Below are positions 1 through 7,888 of a stretch of DNA of 64,000 bases, piece after piece; the stretch's first letter is position 1; each line of letters starts with the position of its first letter. The stretch comes from an uncultured Candidatus Saccharibacteria bacterium (GTDB taxonomy: Bacteria; Patescibacteriota; Minisyncoccia; Phycocordibacterales; UBA918). Position numbers and translations under genes: made by a program. Under the pieces are notes generated by a model. It did no database searches, had not been told where the DNA came from, and worked only from the letters and a program-made list of their open reading frames with translations. The stretch is taken from the NCBI GenBank assembly GCA_964353135.1, contig CAYGTV010000001.1:151138-215137 (forward strand), written 5' to 3'.

Positions 1-378
1 TCTGATTGGGCTGGCACCACGCAACAGTGGAAGCATTGAGGGGTGAACATTGATCACTCCATGTTTAGGAATGTCCAATAGCCACTTTGGCAGGATGTAG
101 TTGTATGCCACCACAACAAATACATCCCATTCCTGCGATTCAAAATATTCACGCACGCTATTGTCTTTGTATGATTCAGGTTGGTATACAGGTATATCTT
201 TTTCTTGTGCCCACACTTTAACTGGCGGGTGGGTCATTACTTGCTTGCGTCCAACTGGTTTGTCAGGGCTAGAGACTATCAGGTTAGGTGTAATACCTGT
301 CAGATATAGTTCTTCTAACACCGGTACACCCAAAGGTTCACCGCCAAAATACGCAATGTTTGTTTTTGTTTTAGACAT
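1..378 (-). CDS. fmt: methionyl-tRNA formyltransferase, N-terminal part; the gene continues beyond the window start
   Basis: Manual translation of the minus strand from ATG at complement(376..378) gives MSKTKTNIAYFGGEPLGVPVLEEL...VVVAYNYILPKWLLDIPKHGVINVHPSMLPLLRGASPI, which is the Fmt N-domain. The start overlaps the def stop (TAATG). The usual def-fmt order is kept. Confidence 0.8.
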   Translation of the reverse strand, partial: MSKTKTNIAYFGGEPLGVPVLEELYLTGITPNLIVSSPDKPVGRKQVMTHPPVKVWAQEKDIPVYQPESYKDNSVREYFESQEWDVFVVVAYNYILPKWLLDIPKHGVINVHPSMLPLLRGASPIR

Positions 379-917
379 TAGTCTTCTTCAGATTTAAATT
401 CTTCGGGTTCGTTGCCTTTAGTCCAAGTTCTGATCGCTCGGTCAGGGAACAAGATTCCATCCAGGTGGTCGTATTCGTGTTGCATGATTTGTGCAAGCAG
501 GCCGCCTGCACCACGGGTAAAGGTGTTACCGTTTTCATCTTGCGCCTCGATGGTGACATTTTTGTGCCGAGCAACAATGCCGTAGGTATCGGGAAGTGAC
601 AGACAACCTTCACCCATTTCCTGCATTTTTTTAGATACTTTGATAAAGCGTGGGTTGACCGCAATGATGGTTGGAAGTCGGTCTCGTTCGCGATCGTCGC
701 CCTCTGACTGGTCCTCGATCAAGAACACCCGTTTACTCACACCAATTTGCGGTGCAGCAATAGCAACCGCAGCGTAACCATCTACGTCATAGGTTTTGAT
801 TGCCTGACGTAAGTCTTTGATGATTTTGGTTACTGTACCGTCAGCAAAATCCTCCGCAGTGCATTCCTCGGCAATTGCGTGTAGGGCAGGGTGGTTTTCA
901 GGGACTAGTTTAGCCAT
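378..917 (-). CDS. def: peptide deformylase
   Basis: Motifs IAAPQIG, EGCLSLP and HEYDHLDG are present. The likely start is the internal Met MAKLVPEN at 917, not the ORF-track start at 1001. Confidence 0.9.
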   Translation of the reverse strand: MAKLVPENHPALHAIAEECTAEDFADGTVTKIIKDLRQAIKTYDVDGYAAVAIAAPQIGVSKRVFLIEDQSEGDDRERDRLPTIIAVNPRFIKVSKKMQEMGEGCLSLPDTYGIVARHKNVTIEAQDENGNTFTRGAGGLLAQIMQHEYDHLDGILFPDRAIRTWTKGNEPEEFKSEED

Positions 918-1006
918 AGATATAGAAAATATACGGTAAATAGAGTGTGTAGTCCAGTAAGAAAAAGAAAAGGACCACCCACAAGTGCGTGGATGGTCCA
1001 ATGGTG

Positions 1007-1603
1007 CTACTTGTTCAAGATGGCAGCAGTACCATCAATTTCAGCCTGGCTCAGACATTCGCTATGTGCTGAGCTTAGGATGTTGATAACATTCCCGCAA
1101 ATCGGCTCTTCATCAGCCGACACCGCTTCCTGAGGAAACAATGCAAACCCGGCAGCTTTCTCAGCGGGCGTGAGCCTCCGAGGGCGGTTTGACTTTACTG
1201 TCACGTCGCCAAGTGCACACTGAACACGCAATCGGTCTGGCCAGAATGTGCCGCCAACCATGCGTTTACACACAAGGTTCTCGCCACTCGACCCTGCGCC
1301 AGTTTCCTGGATGTGGAAGTCGATATCCTCATCCAGCATCGCCATGTATTCAGTCGCCTTCTTAGCGAATTCGTACAACTCGCGGAGCGTTTTGTCTGGG
1401 TCGGGGATGAAAGCGGTTTGAATAACAATCCGCCGTTCGTCGCCAATGGCAGTCTGCACGATTGGGTCGATGTCGCCACTGTTAACGTCGAGCACTTTGG
1501 TGACAAACGTCAGGACCATGTCTTTTGCTGTCTTGTCCACCAGCGCGAGCGGAACTTTGTTGGCGATAATCTTGGTGCGTTGAGGGAGGGTAGATGTTGT
1601 CAT
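1007..1603 (-). CDS. hypothetical protein (198 aa) between def and priA
   Basis: Long ORF in an operon-like position. I recognise no motif. Confidence 0.45.
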   Translation of the reverse strand: MTTSTLPQRTKIIANKVPLALVDKTAKDMVLTFVTKVLDVNSGDIDPIVQTAIGDERRIVIQTAFIPDPDKTLRELYEFAKKATEYMAMLDEDIDFHIQETGAGSSGENLVCKRMVGGTFWPDRLRVQCALGDVTVKSNRPRRLTPAEKAAGFALFPQEAVSADEEPICGNVINILSSAHSECLSQAEIDGTAAILNK

Positions 1604-1675
1604 GAGGCTACTCCTTGATTGCCTATTTCTTCTTCTTCCGACAAGAATTTAACACACTTTTGTATAAAAGTCAAC

Positions 1676-3571
1676 CTATACAATCCGTTCTGGGTTCACT
1701 TCGATTTTTACATAAGGAGGGAGTGACCGGAGTCTGTCTAGCGTAGTGACGTACGACTGCTTGTCTTCTGGGTTGAGACGAATAAGACCGTGCCGCATGA
1801 CTTTATTGTTGGTGGAATGCGGATGGTTATAGCACTGGATTTGTTCATCTTTGAGAGTATTGACTATGAGCTCTTCGGTGTCACTGGCTGCCTTGCTGCT
1901 ACCAGCCCAGGTGAGTAGGATAAACGTACAGATCGGTGGGTACTGCACCATCCGTCGTAGTTCTAGCTCGTCATCGTAAAATCGTTCGATTGCTCCGCGG
2001 GTAGCGTAGGTAAGTAGGTTGTCAGTCTCGGTCCGGGTTTGGACGAGGACTTCTTGACTGCTGGATTCTCGCAGCGTGAGTAGCAATCTAAAGAGCGACT
2101 CGTCAGCTCGCCAAGTCGGAATACTGCGGGCGGCGTCGAGGGATACAATCGCGCTGACAGCGAGACCTTGTTGCAGGTAGGGTAGTACCACCTGGGTTCC
2201 AATTAAAACTCCAGACTGTTTTTTAAAGAAGTCATTAGTTTGTTTGTGAACTTCTTTGGGGGTTTTGGCGACGGTTTGGTCAATGACAGTTACGTCAGTA
2301 TCGAGGAATTCTTTGATCCATTCGTCGGCTACTTGTTGTAGTCCGATACCTCGCTCACGCAGCCGCCATGATCCACATTTTGGGCAAGTGTCAGCCGCTG
2401 GCACTTTGCGCCCAGAGGTGCCGGATACGAACCATCGTTGTTCTTCTTGGTTGGAATCATAGGTACGTAATAAAGAGTACGGAGTTCCAGAGTCAGGACA
2501 ACGAAAGATGTGGCTACAGTCAATACAGGCAACTACTGGCGCTAAACCTCGGCGGGCAGCAAACAGGAAAACTCTACCTCGCCCTTCGAGCGCTCGCTTG
2601 ACTGAGTTTTTAAGTTCATCAGAAAACAAAACAAATGGTACGTCTGGCTTTGCTTTGTCCTTTTGATAGACGATTGAAAGCGGCGCTGGGAAGGCCATCC
2701 GTTTTGTCGGTTCGTCATAGGTGTGATAAATGTCTTCTCGACGTTTGTATTCGTCTTCGGTGCTAGGGACTGTGTCGCCGAGGATAATTTGGCGTCCGCA
2801 GGCTTTGGCAAAAGCTTTGAGACCCTCACGGTGGTCGAGGTATGGTCTGGTCCTGGCGACGTAGTGCGAGCTGCCAGAATGTTCAACAATAATTGTGCTG
2901 CAGTCTGATCGCTCGATATACGCATAGGCTGGGGTGGTGATGATTAGTTTGGCGGTCGAGGTGTCCTCGATGTCTGTATATGCCTTGTCCCGGGCTGATT
3001 TGGTCATCATTGGTGAGAGGGTGACAACCCGATCCTTGATGCCGTTTGACATATTGGCGGCACAATTAGCCACGTACGCTGCTGTTGGGACCACTAGTAT
3101 GACAGACTGCTTTTTAGCGAACTGGGTGCGAACCAGGCTTTGGTAGGTGATGTATCGCTCGTCGGTGCGGGCGGTGAGTAGTTGTGGCGTGGTGTCTTCG
3201 CTTAGTTCACTGTCTTCGCTTAATGGGTATGGACGAGAGCCATTGCGGACGTCAGGTGGCAGAAGTTGGTAGATGATAGATCCGGTTGTGGCAGGGTACT
3301 GGTTGGCGAGCGCTTCGGCAGCTGCCCGCAGTCCAGCTGGAAGCGCTCTTGCGCCTGGTTGTTGCGGTAGCTTACGCAATGAAAAGCTGGCTGCTTTGAG
3401 GGCGGTTTTACTGGCATGAGCCGGCCGGACTGCAGTTACGATTGCTGATTGAGTTTTTCCGCGAATCGGTACCTGCACAAAACTACCAATGTCGTATGGC
3501 ACGCTAGAGAAGTAGGAGAGGGATTCGAGCTGAGTGCCTCGGATGAGCGGAGTGACAACAATGACGTGCAT
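1676..3571 (-). CDS. priA: primosomal protein N' (replication restart helicase PriA)
   Basis: 631 aa with helicase motifs and the Cys-rich zinc-binding region CIDCSHIFRCPDSG...CPKCGS. It sits upstream of def and fmt. Confidence 0.85.
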   Translation of the reverse strand: MHVIVVTPLIRGTQLESLSYFSSVPYDIGSFVQVPIRGKTQSAIVTAVRPAHASKTALKAASFSLRKLPQQPGARALPAGLRAAAEALANQYPATTGSIIYQLLPPDVRNGSRPYPLSEDSELSEDTTPQLLTARTDERYITYQSLVRTQFAKKQSVILVVPTAAYVANCAANMSNGIKDRVVTLSPMMTKSARDKAYTDIEDTSTAKLIITTPAYAYIERSDCSTIIVEHSGSSHYVARTRPYLDHREGLKAFAKACGRQIILGDTVPSTEDEYKRREDIYHTYDEPTKRMAFPAPLSIVYQKDKAKPDVPFVLFSDELKNSVKRALEGRGRVFLFAARRGLAPVVACIDCSHIFRCPDSGTPYSLLRTYDSNQEEQRWFVSGTSGRKVPAADTCPKCGSWRLRERGIGLQQVADEWIKEFLDTDVTVIDQTVAKTPKEVHKQTNDFFKKQSGVLIGTQVVLPYLQQGLAVSAIVSLDAARSIPTWRADESLFRLLLTLRESSSQEVLVQTRTETDNLLTYATRGAIERFYDDELELRRMVQYPPICTFILLTWAGSSKAASDTEELIVNTLKDEQIQCYNHPHSTNNKVMRHGLIRLNPEDKQSYVTTLDRLRSLPPYVKIEVNPERIV

Positions 3572-3636
3572 AGGGGTAGTATAGCAAAATAAGAAAAATC
3601 GGCCCGTAGGCCGATTCGTTTCTTAAGTCGCTAGAT

Positions 3637-4188
3637 TCAGAAAGGAATTTCGTCATCCTCATGGCGAGGTAAACCTTGAGCCTTGCGCTCATCTTGTTTT
3701 TGTTTTTCAGCTTCAGAATCTTCAATACGCTGTTTTAGTTTTCCCAAATAAGAGGAAAAATCAAAGTCATCGACGTTCTTCCATCGCTTGGCCATCTTTT
3801 TGGTGTAAAGGTTTGGTCCATAATAGCGATTACCCTCACCTACAGCAAGTTGACTCCAGTCGAACCGAGGTCCAATATAAATGCCACCATAAATTACTCC
3901 ACCCACGCTTATTTCAATCTCTGCCTTGAGTCCTCTTTCATAGAAAAGTCTAGATTCAAGTTGAAGTTCAAGGCCGAATTGCTTTTCATACGAACGTAGT
4001 TCCGTTTCTGCAGCTTCAGCTGTGGTTGTGACCATCGACTGAATGTGGTGAATTTTTAGTTGCTTGAATAGTCTTCCTGACTGTTCAGTGAATGTGCTGG
4101 CGTTAATCTCTCCAGCTGCGTGGCGCCGATACAATTTTCGAATTTCACGCATAGTCGCTTCGAATGAAGCTTTTTCGATTGGTGTCAT
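3637..4188 (-). CDS. hypothetical protein (183 aa) ending in the SSB-like acidic tail ...HEDDEIPF
   Basis: ORF directly upstream of priA on the same strand. The C-terminus DDEIPF matches the SSB C-terminal tip consensus DDDIPF. The protein has no OB-fold SSB N-terminus. Confidence 0.5.
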   Translation of the reverse strand: MTPIEKASFEATMREIRKLYRRHAAGEINASTFTEQSGRLFKQLKIHHIQSMVTTTAEAAETELRSYEKQFGLELQLESRLFYERGLKAEIEISVGGVIYGGIYIGPRFDWSQLAVGEGNRYYGPNLYTKKMAKRWKNVDDFDFSSYLGKLKQRIEDSEAEKQKQDERKAQGLPRHEDDEIPF

Positions 4189-4235
4189 TTAGAATTCTCC
4201 CAATGACTTGTTTGATGTGCTTTGTAGTGATCTAA

Positions 4236-5744
4236 CTAGAATTCCTCTAAATAGTCAACTTTGGCACCTAGTTCGGTGAGTCGCTCGACCAGCTTTTCAT
4301 AGCCGCGGTTGATGCTGTAGATGTTGCGTAAGATGGACGTTCCACTAGCTCCTAGCATAGCGATTAGTAAGATCGTCGACGGACGTAGGGCAGGAGGACA
4401 AACCAGTTCGGTCGCTCGTAGTTTGCTTGGTCCGGTGATGTAGATGCGGTGTGGGTCTGCGAGGACGGTTTCACCGCCCAATTTATCGAGCTCAGTAAAG
4501 TAAATCGCGCGTTTTTCATACATCCAGTCATGGATGAGGGTTTGACCAATGGCTTGGGTGGCAATGACGGCAAAGAAAGGTAGGTTATCAGCGTTAATTC
4601 CCGGGTATGGTCGCGAGTGGATTTTCTCGAGTGACGCTGTCAGTTTCGACGGCATGATGGTGAGGTCTACCAGTTTGGTACGACCGTTGTCCGAAATATA
4701 CACTTTTGTTTTTTTATATTTCAATCCCATTTTTTCAAGGACGAGTAGTTCTAGTTCTAGGAATTCAATCGGGCAACGCTCGATGGTGATTTTGGAATGA
4801 GTAGTGATTGCAGTTGCGATAAAAAACATACTGTCAGTTGGGTCCTCAGAAAGTGTGTATTCGATGTGCTGATCTATCTCTTTGATGCCGTGCACAGTGA
4901 GGGTAGTGGTTCCGATACCATCAATTTGTACCCCGACTGCCTCAAGGAACGTACATAGTTCCTGCACCATGTAGTTGGCACTACAGTATTTGATCGTGGT
5001 GACACCGGGCGAGAGAGCGGCACCAAGGAGTGCATTTTCAGTCACTGTATCACCCGACTCATAGAGGATAATTTCTTTGGGTTTTTTAGGTGTATATGAC
5101 ACTTTGTAGGCATCCTCGGTAACATCGATAGCAACCCCAAAGTGCTCCAGGGCAAAAAAGTGTGGTCGGACGGTACGAGAACCAAGTTTGCAACCGCCAG
5201 ACTGAGGTAGAGCAAATTTCTTGAGGTGATGAATCAATGGTCCGATAAACATCACGATACTACGGGTCCGCTTCGCCGATGCGATGTCGATACCCTTGAG
5301 GTCGTATTGTTTGGGTGGGGTAAGGGTCAGTGTGCTGCCGCTCCACTCGATTTTGACACCGATACTCTCGAGTACCTCGGTTAGGCGGTATACCTCCTCG
5401 ATCCGTGGCATTTTATGAATAGTAGTCTTTCCTTTATTAAGGAGCGCTGCACATAAAAGTACCACCGCACCGTTTTTGCTGGTGTTAGTAGTAACAGTTC
5501 CAGATAACTTGTGCCCACCTTCAATTTGTAGGTTCATCGTGCCAGGGGAGAGGGTTACTAGGTTTTTACCTAGCGCCTTGCTAATTTTTGCCAGCATTTC
5601 AGCTGAGACATTTTGCCGGCCAGACTCCATCCGCGCGACTGCTGATTGAGTGCTGTTAATTTTTTTAGCTAAGTCTGACTGGGTGAGGCCACTTGATTCA
5701 CGTAGGTCTGCAATCCGACTACCGATGTTTGTTTCCGATTTCAT
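4236..5744 (-). CDS. murA: UDP-N-acetylglucosamine 1-carboxyvinyltransferase with an N-terminal XRE-type HTH domain (fusion)
   Basis: Residues 1-60 form a Cro/C1-type HTH (LTQSDLAKKINSTQSAVARMESGRQNVSAEMLAKISKALG). The rest aligns to MurA, including the SKNGA N-region, the active-site loop LPQSGGCKLGSRTVRPHF with the Cys retained, and the C-terminus RIYITGP...NRGYEKLVERLTELGAKV. Confidence 0.8.
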   Translation of the reverse strand: MKSETNIGSRIADLRESSGLTQSDLAKKINSTQSAVARMESGRQNVSAEMLAKISKALGKNLVTLSPGTMNLQIEGGHKLSGTVTTNTSKNGAVVLLCAALLNKGKTTIHKMPRIEEVYRLTEVLESIGVKIEWSGSTLTLTPPKQYDLKGIDIASAKRTRSIVMFIGPLIHHLKKFALPQSGGCKLGSRTVRPHFFALEHFGVAIDVTEDAYKVSYTPKKPKEIILYESGDTVTENALLGAALSPGVTTIKYCSANYMVQELCTFLEAVGVQIDGIGTTTLTVHGIKEIDQHIEYTLSEDPTDSMFFIATAITTHSKITIERCPIEFLELELLVLEKMGLKYKKTKVYISDNGRTKLVDLTIMPSKLTASLEKIHSRPYPGINADNLPFFAVIATQAIGQTLIHDWMYEKRAIYFTELDKLGGETVLADPHRIYITGPSKLRATELVCPPALRPSTILLIAMLGASGTSILRNIYSINRGYEKLVERLTELGAKVDYLEEF

Positions 5745-5790
5745 CCCAGTAGTATAGCAGATCTGCTATGTGGTTAGTACTTTATAAACA

Positions 5791-5818
5791 TTGACTTTAT
5801 ACATATTACATGTATAAT
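5791..5818 (+). promoter_or_regulatory. sigma70-like promoter TTGACT-16-TGTATAAT, followed by SD GGAG and ATG at 5851
   Basis: Near-consensus -35 and extended -10 boxes seen directly in the sequence. Confidence 0.5.
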
Positions 5819-5850
5819 TTACGATTAAATGGCAATATAGGAGATAAGCC

Positions 5851-6135
5851 ATGTCGTTGTTCACTAAAATCAAAGCGTTCGCCAGCAAGGTGTTTAACTG
5901 GTTTTGCGTGTCGCTGCTGCTGCTCTGGGTTTTGTTGCAGTGGGCTGAAGGTCCACTGCCGTTGATCGTCAACACTGTGGGTGTTTTGGCTCTCGTGGTG
6001 GTGATGCTGGGAGTTGCATTAAACCGCAGAGCAAATTGGCAGCAGCGCCAGTTTAAAGAGGAAGAAATGCTTGACCTGGAATCTGGCCATTCGGCCGGAA
6101 CACAAGCTTGGCGAGCTTACATCAAGCTAAGCTAA
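5851..6135 (+). CDS. small membrane protein (94 aa, two predicted TM helices)
   Basis: Has its own promoter and SD, two hydrophobic stretches, and a terminator downstream. Confidence 0.5.
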   Translation: MSLFTKIKAFASKVFNWFCVSLLLLWVLLQWAEGPLPLIVNTVGVLALVVVMLGVALNRRANWQQRQFKEEEMLDLESGHSAGTQAWRAYIKLS

Positions 6136-6141
6136 GACAAA

Positions 6142-6180
6142 GGCCGTTCCGGAACAACACCGGAGCGGCCTTTCTGCTTC
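6142..6180 (+). terminator. intrinsic terminator GGCCGTTCCGG-N7-CCGGAGCGGCC followed by T-rich tract
   Basis: Hairpin plus T-run directly after the 6135 stop. Confidence 0.55.
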
Positions 6181-6223
6181 CTTTTTTACCAGCGCTTGGT
6201 ACACTGACTGACACTTATTACAT

Positions 6224-7243
6224 ATGTCATTTTTTTCTAACTTTACGCCTAAAATTGGTATTGACCTTGGGACTACCAACATCCTCGTATTTGTACCAGG
6301 ACAGGGGATTGTTTTAAACGAACCGTCAGTGGTGGCGGTGAGTGATGATAACAAAGTTCTAGCTGTAGGAACCGAGGCAAAACTGATGATTGGTCGAACA
6401 CCGGAAAGTATCCGAGCGTATCGCCCGATGCGAGACGGGGTGATTGCAGACTACCGGGTGACCGAGGCGATGCTCCGGTACTTTTTACGTAAATCTATGA
6501 GTAGTTTTAGTTTATTTCGACCAGACGTGATGGTGTCAGTGCCGGCTGGTGTGACCAGTACCGAGCGTCGAGCAGTAGTAGAAGCAGCAATGAAAGCAGG
6601 GGCTAAAAATGCTTTTGTGGTCAAAGAGCCAATTTTGGCCGCCATTGGTGCCGGGGTCCCAATCTATGAGCCACAAGGACACATGATTGTTGATATCGGA
6701 GGTGGGACGATCGACGTTGCGGTCATTTCGCTCGGGGGTATTGTGTCTTCCAACTCGGTCAAATGTGCTGGGAACAAGATTGACGCTGCGATTATTGACT
6801 ACGTCAAAAAAACTAGAAATCTAGCAATAGGAGAAAAAACTGCCGAGGAAATCAAGATTGGGGTCGGAAGCGCTCTGCCTTTAGAAGATGAGCTAGCAAT
6901 GGAGGTCAACGGTCGTGATATGGTCAGCGGGCTACCGCGGACAGTTGAAATAAAATCAAATGAAATCGTAAAGGCAATCAGCAAGGAGCTAAAAGAAATG
7001 ATCGCTGCAATTAAAACTGTGTTCCAGGAAACACCGCCCGAGCTGTCATCAGACATTATCGATAGTGGGATTATCATGACCGGCGGTACATCACAGCTGC
7101 GCAATTTCCCAGAACTCATCCGTCGCCGGACTGGTGTAAAAGCGGTAGTCGCTGACCAAGCACTATTTTGCGTAGCGAAGGGGACAGGAATTGCGCTGGA
7201 GCATTTGGATGTGTATAAGCGAGCAGTGCTTGCAAAAAAGTAA
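6224..7243 (+). CDS. mreB: rod-shape actin homolog MreB, standalone paralog (about 55% identical to the operonic copy)
   Basis: IGIDLGTTNILVFV phosphate-1 motif and actin-fold motifs DIGGGT and GIIMTGGTSQL. Confidence 0.85.
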   Translation: MSFFSNFTPKIGIDLGTTNILVFVPGQGIVLNEPSVVAVSDDNKVLAVGTEAKLMIGRTPESIRAYRPMRDGVIADYRVTEAMLRYFLRKSMSSFSLFRPDVMVSVPAGVTSTERRAVVEAAMKAGAKNAFVVKEPILAAIGAGVPIYEPQGHMIVDIGGGTIDVAVISLGGIVSSNSVKCAGNKIDAAIIDYVKKTRNLAIGEKTAEEIKIGVGSALPLEDELAMEVNGRDMVSGLPRTVEIKSNEIVKAISKELKEMIAAIKTVFQETPPELSSDIIDSGIIMTGGTSQLRNFPELIRRRTGVKAVVADQALFCVAKGTGIALEHLDVYKRAVLAKK

Positions 7244-7486
7244 AATCACGAGCGTAGCGACTATATTTTACTTTGTTCCGGATTCGACCTACCAAGGGAT
7301 TACCACAGGAGTATTTCCATTTCTATATTCCCACTAGTCATTAGAAATTGGTCAATCCCTGGAACTGGAGCTCTAAAATTTCGCTTTAATCCTCCTTGCG
7401 ATACGCGGGTAAGCCCAGGCTTTCTTTGTCCGCCGCACAACCACGACAGTCGTTGTTTCCTGGCTATCAGGGTAATATATTATATT

Positions 7487-7831
7487 ATGTATAAACTGAC
7501 TAAACAAAATACCTTGACATCAAAATTGAAGTTTGAAATCGACTTGACTGTTTACCCTGACGTTGACGGAATGGGCATTGTCAGAGGTAAAACTGAAACT
7601 GGACACAATCAAGAATTTTATGATAAAGAATCAACTTTTACGTATGTAATTTTGTCTGGTTCAGCAAGGTTTTTTATAAATGATGAACCGGTTGATGTAT
7701 CAGCTGGAGATTGTATAACTATTAAACCAAAAAATCGCTTTTATTTTAAAGGTTCCATGGAATGGTTACTTTTGACAACACCTGCTTGGAAACCTGAAAA
7801 TGAAGTTGAAGTTCGGTCGTGTGTCTGGTGA
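7487..7831 (+). CDS. cupin-domain protein (114 aa) in an AT-rich patch
   Basis: Small beta-barrel-like sequence of cupin_2 type (inference). Local GC is clearly lower than the flanking genes. Confidence 0.45.
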   Translation: MYKLTKQNTLTSKLKFEIDLTVYPDVDGMGIVRGKTETGHNQEFYDKESTFTYVILSGSARFFINDEPVDVSAGDCITIKPKNRFYFKGSMEWLLLTTPAWKPENEVEVRSCVW

Positions 7832-7888
7832 TTGTTATCCATGGCAATGGGCTTAATTCCTCTATCAGGCAGGGTATGATAATAAGTA

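Noticed and set aside
7261-7300. GGATTCGAC..CCAAGGG resembles the 5' region of tmRNA (UGGAUUCGACGGG)
   Set aside because: There is no GGGG acceptor 5' end, no T-arm plus CCA-type 3' end, and no tag-peptide reading frame ending ...AA-stop nearby. The similarity is limited to 9 nt.
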